64,000 nt of DNA from Macrostomum lignano. Taxonomy: Eukaryota. The notes under the pieces are model-generated. The model was not told where the DNA came from. It made no database searches and worked only from the letters and a program-made list of their open reading frames with translations. Position 1 is the stretch's first letter, and every line of letters begins with the position of its first letter. The translations under genes and the position numbers were made by a program. Below, piece by piece: positions 11,301 through 21,415 of this stretch. The DNA lies in the NCBI GenBank assembly GCA_002269645.1, contig NIVC01001269.1, positions 177,205 to 241,204 of the forward strand, in the 5' to 3' direction.

Positions 11301-14300
11301 AGCCCACCACCCCATTCTCAATGTAGGACTAACCTTAGCCCCACCACCCCATTCCCAATGTACACACCAACTCTAGGACCAGCCTCAGCCCCACCACCCC
11401 ATTCCCAATGTACACACCAACTCTAGGACCAGCCTCAGCCCCACCACCCCATTCCCAATGTAGGACAAACCTCAGCCCACCACCCCATTCTCAATGTAGG
11501 ACTAACCTTAGCCCCACCACCCCATTCCCAATGTACACACCAACTCTAGGACCAGCCTCAGCCCCACCACCCCATTCCCAATGTACACACCAACTCTAGG
11601 ACCAGCCTCAGCCCCACCACCCCATTCCCAATGTACACACCAACTCTAGGACCAGCCTTAGCCCCACCACCCCATTCCCAATGTACGCACAAACTCTAGG
11701 ACCAGCCTCAGCCCCACCACCCCATTCCCAATGTACGCACAAACTCTAGGACCAGCCTCAGCCCCACCACCCCATTCCCAATGTACGCACAAACTCTAGG
11801 ACAAGCCTCAGCCCCACCAACTCAAACATTCAAATATTTAATTTTATATTTAAGCAGTTTAAACTTGGTCCAATATATCAATAATTCGCCTAGTGTATTT
11901 GCTTCCTTTTCTATTTCAAGCCCACTTCGATATTTGGATAGACAGTAAATATTTTTCTTTCTGTTTAAAAGCTGTTTAAGATTTTTATAGTTGATGTCTC
12001 ACGATGATTTCAGCTGCATTTATATTTGTACTGGGGTATTTAATCTAAGTATATTATCTACTGTAATTTTGCATTAAACCTATTGCAAAGTTTTACCAGT
12101 TGTAAATGTATTTGAAAACATTCTTCACCAAAAATATACTAACCCAAGGCTAACTACGAACTAATAAACAGAAATTCTGAATATGATATGTTACTGAACG
12201 GCTGAGATCATTTCTGACCCCATTTTTATCGTCAACAAGATAAATATACCCACGGGGGCCGTAGCCCAGCGGTCTAGCGCAGCTGCTCTGGTGTGCCAGC
12301 GACCCAGGCTCGATTCCAAGTGCAGTCACATTCATTTGGGGCTGAATTGGAATCTCGGCTTGGCTCTGCTCGTGCAATTAACGGCCTTGAGAGCCAACCC
12401 CCCAAGGCGTAGTGAAGTGTACATGCCTAACGATAAAATAAAGTTAGGGCCGCTGTACACTCCTGTGTGAGTGTGTGCCTGTGTACGTATCCGCGCACTT
12501 GTATGCCTGCTCAGGGGAGTCGCCGGAATGGGCAGCAATGCCTCTCGCCGGTTGTGTGCCTATGTCGCTTAAAGTGCGCCAGGGTGCACACAACCCCTCT
12601 GCCTCTAATAAAATAAAAATAATAAATATACCCACTCTTTGCGTGAAGGGAAGGTAACGCTTTTAACAACGCTTCTGGAGAGACAGCAAGTTATTTTGAT
12701 TGTGTCTGTCAGTGTCAAGGTCGCTTATTATTTTAAAGTGCACACATTTGACCGCACCTGGAAATGCAGGGTCCAAGATGCCCTGCTGCTGGCTTTATTC
12801 GAAGCGCTGCACGTCAATCGTAGCTTCATTTCCACCCTGACCTACAGCCACACGCCCTCGGCTGGGCACCAGCTTGTGGTTGCTGAGCAATCTGGTCCGG
12901 CCAGCTCCGTGCCCGAGCCAACCAATTTGCTGGTTGTGTTCTTGGAGTACTGCTCCATCATTATGCAGGATACTAGAGGTCTGGGCGGACTGCTGTGCGG
13001 TGGGGTGGGGGAGAATAGAGGGAGGGAGGGAGACGGGTAAGATGAGGAGACAGGGTGAGAGGGAGACGGGTAAGATGAGGAGACAGGGTGAGAGGGAGAC
13101 GGGTAAGATGAGGAGACAGGGTGAGAGGGAGACGGGTAAGATGAGGAGACAGGGTGAGAGGGAGACGGGTAAGATGAGGAGACAGGGTGAGAGGGAGACG
13201 GGTAAGATGAGGAGACAGGGTGAGAGGGAGACGGGTAAGATGAGGAGACAGGGTGAGAGGGAGACGGGTAAGATGAGGAGACAGGGTGAGAGGGAGACGG
13301 GTAAGATGAGGAGACAGGGTGAGAGGGAGACGGGTAAGATGAGGAGACAGGGTGAGAGGGAGACGGGTAAGATGAGGAGACAGGGTGAGAGGGAGACGGG
13401 TAAGATGAGGAGACAGGGTGAGAGGAAGACGGGTAAGATGAGGAGACAGGGTGAGAGGGAGACAGTGAGATGAGAGACAGTGAGATAAGAGGGAGACACT
13501 GAGATGAGATGGAGACGAACAGTAAGATGAGAAAGAAGACAGTGAGATGAGAGGGAGACGGACAATGAGATAAGAGGGAGACAGTGAGATGAGAGGGAGA
13601 CAGTCAGGTGAGAGGGAGACAGTGAGATGAGAGGGAGACAGTCAGGTGAGAGGGAGACAGTGAGATGAGAGGGAGACAGTGAGATGAGAGGGAAGACTGA
13701 CATGAGAGGGAGACAGTGAGATAAGAGGGAGACAGTGAGATGAGAGGGAGACAGTCAGGTGAGAGGGAGACAGTGAGATGAGAGGGAGACAGTGAGATGA
13801 GAGGGAAGACTGAGATGAGAGGGAGACAGTGAGATAAGAGGGAGACAGTGAGATGAGAGGGAGACAGTGAGATGAGAGGGAGACGGTGAGATTGACAGAC
13901 AGGGTTTATAACATGAGTGATTAGTACAATGAGAGGGAGGCAGTGTTTGATAGACAAGGGAATGAAACAGAGCAGAATTCGCGCAGCACAGATGGCCAAC
14001 CCCCACCCGATCTCGAACTGCAGAGCAGAGCATGTTCAACAGCTGCAAGCTGTGCTTCTTTATTCTCACAGCAATATCAGAGGTAGGAGCTGGAATGGAG
14101 TTGAATGTCTGTCTATAAGTAAAGTTCAAGTTTCCATTTTGACATCTTAATAGACTGTGCCCAAACTTGTAGGACGAGTACGCGAATTCTCTGATGCACG
14201 ATCTTAATATGAACTTCCGGGTCAACCTGCACAGATTGGTGAGTTTTTTAAAATGAATCATGTCATTTTTGACATAGGGTTGTAGCCTAGTGGTCAGAGC

Positions 14301-17300
14301 GTCGGACTCACGACTTGAAGGTCGGGGGTTCGATTCCCGATCCCACTGGAACAATTTGTGTCCTTGAGCAAGACACTCTGCATTGCTTCAGTTCACCCAG
14401 CTGAAAATGGGTGCCAGCATTAGCTGGGGTAATTGAGGGTGTGTGTGGCGACCCCCCCCCCCAGTCCTTGGGCTGAACAGCCGTACGCAGCCATCAGATC
14501 AGATGCGCCGCGCAATAGCTGCGGCTGAGCTGTCGGTTGCACATTTGCCGATTGGGGCAGGTGTAATCAGTTATTATTATTATTATGTCATTTCGAAATG
14601 AAACATGCCATTTTTGAAATGCAACATGCCATTTTTGAAATGCAACATGCCATTTTTTAAATGCAACATGCCATTTTTGATTCCACGACCGCAGCAAACC
14701 CGGCACAGAGCCCCAACTCTTGGTGTGGACTTGGAATCGGCTCCTCTGGCCTGCGCCCTACTCGACCTACTCGTAGAGTTCTGCCACAGCCATCTGATGC
14801 GCACTTTGCCAGCTGAGCTGTACCAGTCTGCCCTGCTCATTCTGCACCGGCTGCTCTGCTATCAGAAGCGAACCGAGATCAGGCTGCATTACAACTGGCA
14901 CCACCTCTGGTCCGCCCTGTTCACCAGCGCCCGCTACGCCCTGAGCTGCTACCAGAAGCAGCCGGTTGGAACCGCGGAGCCGCAGTTCCTTCGCTCCCTG
15001 CTGTCGCTGGTGTCCAGCGTGTGTTTGTTGCTGAACTTCTTTGTTACCTATGGGGACACGTTTCTGCCCACCTGCGAGGTCTACGACTTGCTGTTCTACG
15101 AGCTGATTAGAATGAAATCCCTGTTTGAGGATGCCAGTCAGCTGTGTGAGTTGCTGGGGAATTGCGGGATTTTATTGCCATTGGGACTCGGGTATGGGAT
15201 TTTTTCACATTGGGGACTTGGGTTAGGGATTTTATTCTTAATGGGAGCCGGGTATGGGATTTTATTCTCAATGGGACTCGGGTATGGGGGTTTTTCCCAT
15301 TGGGGACTTGGGTTAGGGATTTTATTCTTAATGGGAGCCGGGTATGGGATTTTATTCTCAATGGGACTCGGGTATGGGGGTTTTTCCCATTGGGGACTTG
15401 GGTTAGGGATTTTATTCTTAATGGGAGCCGGGTATGGGATTTTATTCTCAATGGGACTCGGGTATGGGGGTTTTTCCCATTGGGGACTTGGGTTAGGGAT
15501 TTTATTCTTAATGGGAGCCGGGTATGGGATTTTATTCCCAATTGGACTCGGGTATGGGATTTTATTCCCAATTGGACTCGGGTATGGGATTTTATTCCCA
15601 ATAGGACTCGGGTATGGGATTTTATTCCCAATTGGACTCGGGTATGGGATTTTATTCCCAATTGGACTCGGGTATGGGATTTTATTGTCATTAGGACTCG
15701 GGTATGGGATTTTATTGCGATTGGGACTCGGGTATGGGATTTTATTGCCATTGGGACTCGGGTATGGGATTTTATTGCCATTGGGACTCGGGTATGGGAT
15801 TTCATTGCCATTGGGACTCGGGTATGGGATTTTATTGCCATTGGGACTCGGGTATGGGATTTTATTGCCATTGGGACTCGGGTATGGGATTTTATTGCCA
15901 TTGGGACTCGGGTATGGGATTTTATTGCCATTGGGACTCGGGTATGGGATTTCATTGCCATTGGGACTCGGGTATGGGATTTTATTGCCATTGGGACTCG
16001 GGTATGGGATTTTATTGCCATTGGGACTCGGGTATGGGATTTTATTGCCATTGGGACTCGGGTATGGGATTTTATTGCCATTGGGACTCGGGTATCGGAT
16101 TTTATTGCCATTGGGACTCGGGTATCGGATTTTATTGCCATTGGGACTCGGGTATGGGATTTTATTACCATTGGGACTCGGGTATGGGATTTTATTACCA
16201 TTGGGACTCGGGTATGGGATTTTATTGCCAATAGGACTCGGGTATGGGATTTTATTGCCATTGGGACTCGGGTATAGGGTTTTATTGCCATTGGGACTCG
16301 GGTATGGGATTTTATTGCCAATAGGACTCGGGTATGGGATTTTATTGCCATTGGGACTCGGGTATGGGATTTTATTGCCATTGGGAGCCGAATATTGGCT
16401 TTTATTCCCGTTAGGGACTCGAGTATGGCATTTTATTCCCACTAGGACCCGTATAATTTTTACTAGTTCTATATACTAGTATATTATCAATCCTACTATT
16501 CCAGCTCTGTCAATCATTTTCTCCGATCCGGATCATCCGCTTCGTGAGGCGGCGATGCAGTTGGACCGAAGCCTGGTCAACATTCGGTGAGGCTGCTTCC
16601 TGCATGAGCTTGCAGCCCGTCTCTAACCTGACTCTACCCGACAATCGCCTTCTAAACACCTTCAAATCCAAACATTGCATTAAAACACCATCCCACCCCA
16701 AGAATCGGCCTCCAATCCCACCCCAAGAATCGCCCTCCAACCCCACCCTAAGAATCGCCCTCCAACCCCACCCAAAGAATCGCCCTCCAACCCCACCCAA
16801 AGAATCGCCCTCCAACCCCAACCAAAGAATCGCCCTCCAACCCCACCCAAAGAATCGCCCTCCAACCCCACTCAAGAATCGCCCTCCAACCCCACTCAAG
16901 AATCGCCCTCCAACCCCACTCAAGAATCGCGCCCAACCCCATCTCGAGGATCGCCCTCCAACCCCACCCTAAGAATCGCCCTCCAACCCCACCCAAAGAA
17001 TCGCCCTCCAACCCCACCCAAAGAATCGCCCTCCAACCCCACTCAAGAATCGCGCCCAACCCCATCTCGAGGATCGCCCTCCAACCCCACTCAAGAATCG
17101 CGCCCAACCCCATCCCGAGGATCGCCCTCCAACCCCACTCAAGAATCGCGCCCAACCCCATCCCGAGGATCGCCCTCCAACCCCACTCAAGAATCGCGCC
17201 CAACCCCATCTCGAGGATCGCCCTCCAACCCCACTCAAGAATCGCCCCCAACCCCATCCCGAGAATCGCCCTCCAACCCCACCCCAAGAATCGCCCCCAA

Positions 17301-17891
17301 CCCCATCCCGAGAATCGCCCTCCAACCCCACCCTAAGAATCGCCCTCCAACCCACCCAGAGAATCGCCCCCAACCCAATCCCGAGAATCGCCCTCCAACC
17401 CCACCCTAAGAACCGCCCTCCAACCCACCCAGAGAATCGCCCTCCAACCCCACCCTAAGAATCGCCCTCCAACCCCACCCTGAGAATAGCCTATAACCCC
17501 ATCCCAACCCGTTAACAGGTCAATAATCCAGCACTTCTCGCCCAGAATAGATGAATGGGCGGAGGCGCAGGGCCAACGGTCGCTCACCCAGGACCAGGTG
17601 CTGTCGGTGGTCAGAAGCAACTACGAGTCGCTGACCCTGAGGCTCTACAGCCAATTAGACTGTTTCACCAGCTTTAGAGAATCAATTCCAAACGAAAATG
17701 CCTACTTCCGTCAGTTGGTGAGTAGTATAAGCTGCAAAAGTTTAAGTTATACAGATTGCTGCAAGAATTTAACTATGATTTCCCTACGGACGCATCCGCA
17801 GACCAGAAAAATTGTCACCAGCGTTCGCAAGGATGCGTTCGACGCTAGTCAGCAGCTGCAAGCCAAGCTCAAGGACTTGTCCTCCTTGTAG
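8365..17891 (+). CDS. ARMH3: ARMH3 / C10orf76 (UPF0668) orthologue, 14 exons: 8365-8472, 8672-9091, 9877-10131, 10606-10662, 10754-10797, 10899-10956, 11043-11089, 12770-12978, 14024-14082, 14173-14238, 14695-15145, 16505-16586, 17519-17717, 17802-17891
   Basis: All junctions are GT-AG and phase-consistent. Collinear motifs: [107 protein letters not shown]. Confidence 0.93.
9092..9590. repeat. About 76-bp tandem repeat x7 starting at the ARMH3 intron-2 donor
   Basis: GCCGATATGTTGTGTAGAC recurs near 9098, 9181, 9263, 9339, 9415, 9491 and 9567. Confidence 0.9.
10135..10520. repeat. Compound (GT)n/(CTGT)n microsatellite in ARMH3 intron 3
   Basis: Direct reading. Confidence 0.95.
11148..11820. 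repeat. 50-bp minisatellite (CCCCACCACCCCATTCCCAATGTACACACCAACTCTAGGACCAGCCTCAG) with shorter variants
   Basis: 50-bp period. Confidence 0.93.
12254..12621 (+). mobile_element. tRNA-derived SINE, family B
   Basis: A box TAGCCCAGCGG, B-box-like GCTCGATTCC, A-rich tail, and a perfect 14-bp TSD ATAAATATACCCAC (12240-12253 and 12622-12635). Confidence 0.85.
13025..13900. repeat. 33-bp purine-rich minisatellite x13 followed by a degenerate about 19-bp GAGAGGGAGACAGTGAGAT array
   Basis: Direct reading; in ARMH3 intron 8. Confidence 0.93.
14277..14584 (+). mobile_element. tRNA-derived CORE-like SINE, family A, copy 1
   Basis: A box TAGCCTAGTGG, B box GGTTCGATTCC, central TCCTTGAGCAAGACAC..CAGTTCACCCAGCTG.AAATGGG, (ATT)n tail; five more copies in the window. 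Confidence 0.9.
15165..16440. repeat. 30-bp minisatellite (GGGATTTTATTGCCATTGGGACTCGGGTAT), about 42 copies, 90-bp higher-order at its 5' end
   Basis: Starts about 20 bp after the donor at 15146. Confidence 0.96.
16640..17500. repeat. C-rich 23-25-bp minisatellite (AAGAATCGCCCTCCAACCCCACCC)
   Basis: Direct reading; fills ARMH3 intron 12. Confidence 0.93.
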
Positions 17892-18094
17892 ATTTCAGAC
17901 ATTGCGCACACAAATAGTTTGATTATTAATCATTATGGTATTCCTGTAGTTGCATGAGGTCGAGCGAGTGGCCAAACAAACTCATCTTGGTAGCCTTATA
18001 ATTGGCCTGCGCGTGTAAAATCCAATTCGCTTCAACAAACTGGATCTTCCATTGTTATAGCTTTCAATAATAAGAGTCGTTCATTAATTTAGAA

Positions 18095-20130
18095 TGTGTT
18101 TTGCGTGTTTCAAATATTTCTAGTGTGTTTATAATGTGTTTGGTGTGTTTAGAATGTGTCTGGTGTGCTTAAAATGTGTCTAGTGTGTTTATAATGTGTC
18201 TGGTGTGTTTATAATGTGTCTGGTGTGTTTAAATTGTGTCTGGTGTGCTTATAATGTGCATGGTGTGTTTATAATGTGCATGGTGTGTTTATAATGTGCA
18301 TGGTGTGTTTATAATGTGCATGGTGTGTTTATAATGTGTCTGGTGTGTTTATAATGTGTCTGGTGTGCTTATAATGTGCATGGTGTGTTTATAATGTGCA
18401 TGGTGTGTTTATAATGTGCATGGTGTGTTTATAATGTGCATGGTGTGTTTATAATGTGTCTGGTGTGTTTATAATGTGCCTGGTGTGTTTATAATGTGTC
18501 TGGTGTGCTTATAATGTGCATGGTGTGTTTATGATGTGTCTGGTGTGCTTATAATGTGCATGGTGCGTTTATAATGTGTCTGGTGTGCTTATAATGTGAT
18601 AATGTGCATGGTGTGTTTATAATGTGTCTGGTGTGCCTATAATGTGTCTGGTGTGCTTATAATGTGCCTGGTGTGTTTATAATGTGTCTGGTGTGCTTAT
18701 AATGTGTCTGGTGTGCTTATAATGTGCCTGGTGTGTTTATAATGTTTCTGGTGTGCTTATAATGTGTCTGGTGTGCTTATAATGTGCCTGGTGTGTTTAT
18801 AATGTGTCTGGTGTGCTTATAATGTGCATGGTGTGTTTATAATGTGCATGGTGTGTTTATAATGTGCATGGTGTGTTTATAATGTGTTTGGTGTGTTTAG
18901 AATGTGTCTGGTGTGCTTAAAATGTGTCTAGTGTGTTTATAATGTGTCTGGTGTGTTTATAATGTGTCTGGTGTGTTTAAATTGTGTCTGGTGTGCTTAT
19001 AATGTGCATGGTGTGTTTATAATGTGCATGGTGTGTTTATAATGTGCATGGTGTGTTTATAATGTGCATGGTGTGTTTATAATGTGCATGGTGTGTTTAT
19101 AATGTGCATGGTGTGTTTATAATGTGCATGGTGTGTTTATAATGTGCATGGTGTTTTTATAATGTGTCTGGTGTGTTTATAATGTGCCTGGTGTGTTTAT
19201 AATGTGTCTGGTGTGCTTATAATGTGCATGGTGTGTTTATGATGTGTCTGGTGTGCTTATAATGTGCATGGTGCGTTTATAATGTGTCTGGTGTGCTTAT
19301 AATGTGTTAATGTGCATGGTGTGTTTATAATGTGTCTGGTGTGCCTATAATGTGTCTGGTGTGCTTATAATGTGCCTGGTGTGTTTATAATGTGTCTGGT
19401 GTGCTTATAATGTGTCTGGTGTGCTTATAATGTGCCTGGTGTGTTTATAATGTGTCTGGTGTGCTTATAATGTGTCTGGTGTGCTTATAATGTGCCTGGT
19501 GTGTTTATAATGTGTCTGGTGTGCTTTTAATGTGCATGGTGTGTTTATAATGTGCATGGTGTGCTTATAATGTGCCTGGTGTGTTTATAATGTGTCTGGT
19601 GTGCTTATAATGTGTCTGGTGTGCTTATAATGTGCATGGTGTGTTTATGATGTGTCTGGTGTGCTTATAATGTGCATGGTGCGTTTATAATGTGTCTGGT
19701 GTGCTTATAATGTGTTAATGTGCATGGTGTGTTTATAATGTGTCTGGTGTGCCTATAATGTGTCTGGTGTGCTTATAATGTGCCTGGTGTGTTTATAATG
19801 TGTCTGGTGTGCTTATAATGTGTCTGGTGTGCTTATAATGTGCCTGGTGTGTTTATAATGTGTCTGGTGTGCTTATAATGTGTCTGGTGTGCTTATAATG
19901 TGCCTGGTGTGTTTATAATGTGTCTGGTGTGCTTATAATGTGCATGGTGTGTTTATAATGTGCATGGTGTGCTTATAATGTGCCTGGTGTGTTTATAATG
20001 TGTCTGGTGTGCTTATAATGTGTCTGGTGTGCTTATAATGTGCCTGGTGTGTTTATAATGTGTCTGGTGTGCTTATAATGTTTCTTATGTGTTTAAACTG
20101 TTTCTGGTGTGTTTATAATGTGTGTGATGT
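18095..20130. repeat. 20-bp minisatellite (TGGTGTGYTTATAATGTGYM), about 100 copies
   Basis: 20-bp period; internal duplication of about 750 bp seen from rare variants (AGAATG at 18151 and 18899). Confidence 0.97.
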
Positions 20131-20485
20131 GCTACGCCTTATAATTGTGAAATATCCCAAGACGATGTGAAAGCTAAAATGCATTCCCAGTATCCTTGGA
20201 TTGAGTTTAATATACATGCGAATACTTTAAAAATGAGTCTTCAAATGTTTCTAATGCTTAGAATTTTCATCACAAAAAATTAAAGCCTAGCTGTAAATTT
20301 GTAGCCAATAAATGCATTAGAATGCACAATTTCTAATCTTAATTCGGTAAAAAAACCTGTGATTTTCTGCCGCAAATGCAAACTGAGCACTTCCAATCGC
20401 TATTGAGTTTTTTAGTCTTATTTCTATCAATATTCTACTTTTAATATGATTGAAATTGAATCAACATTCGTTGTCAAAGGTGAAC

Positions 20486-20862
20486 TTAGACTGTGGTGCC
20501 TGTAGCTGATGTCTCTAAACTGGCAGATCTCGGACACAGGTACAAACACAGGTACAAAGCCAATGTCTTGATCGGAGCGTCGCCCCACCTGTGCGTGTAG
20601 ATGCCGCCCAGAGAGTCCATGTAGTCGACGAAGTCTTCGTACTGGCCGGACCGCCAGATCTTCAGGCTGGACACCTCGAAGTTGTTGAAGAACACCTCGT
20701 TCCTCTTGAGTCGGTGGAAGAAGGTCGGCTTGATGCCATTCACCCTCGTGTAGTCTGCAGTGATGTTGAAGGTGTTGTGGCCGCAGGTGTCGATGATGGT
20801 GTCAAAGTAACCGTAGCTGCACTCAGCGTCTCTAACAGCGGCAAACATGTCGAACGAAATTT
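20486..20862 (-). pseudogene. Glycosyltransferase family 15 (Kre2/Mnt1/Ktr alpha-1,2-mannosyltransferase)-like C-terminal exon; 5' part not found; probable frameshift near 20532
   Basis: ISFDMF...SYGY, FFNNFEVSSLKIWRS..Y..FVDYMDSLGGIYTHRWGDAP match GT15 motifs; the terminal motif EICQFRDISYRH lies in an adjacent frame (20531-20496); acceptor tgatgcag| at 20863. Confidence 0.75.
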
Positions 20863-21011
20863 CTGCATCAAGAACGAAACGGCAACAAACTTGTTAAGAA
20901 ATCCCATAAAAATTCCGCCGCGATTCAACATGTGAACCGAACCGTTGACATCGTCGAGCTCAAGCCTCTAACAGCAACCATGGTACAATAGCTTCATGTG
21001 ATGGGCTTGCA

Positions 21012-21322
21012 GGGGTTGTAGCCTAGTGGTCAGAGCGTCGGACTAACGACTTGAAGGTCGGGGGTTCGATTCCCGATCCCACTGGAACAATTTGTGTCCT
21101 TGAGCAAGACACTTAACTCTGCATTGCTTCAGTTCACCCAGCTGTAAAAAGGGTTCCAGCATTAGCTGGGGTAATTTAAGGTGTGTGTCGCCCCCCCCCC
21201 CCAGTCCTTGGACTGAACAGCCGTACGCAGTCTTCAGATGCGCCGCGCAATAGCTGCGGTGGCTGAGCTGTCGGTTGCACATCTGGCCATTGGGGCAGGT
21301 GTAATCAATTATTATCATTATT
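21012..21322 (+). mobile_element. CORE-like SINE, family A, copy 2
   Basis: Near-identical to 14277-14584; ATGGGCTTG on both sides (TSD). Confidence 0.92.
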
Positions 21323-21415
21323 ATGGGCTTGTGTTGATACTGGACTGCGAAATTTCATTACAGAAGATCGGACTTTATTCGATATAAATCATCCCCATTC
21401 AGCTGTTAACAGTTA

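Noticed and set aside
12795-13703. Long ORFs over the purine-rich array
   Set aside because: Intronic 33-bp repeat translations
14277-14350. SINE heads as tRNA genes (also 12254, 21012, 38836)
   Set aside because: No closed acceptor stem; they continue into a shared SINE body with tail and TSD
14605-16479. 624-aa ORF with [10 protein letters not shown] repeats, and overlapping repeat ORFs
   Set aside because: It is ARMH3 exon 11 read through its donor (15146) into a 30-bp intronic minisatellite that is open in several frames
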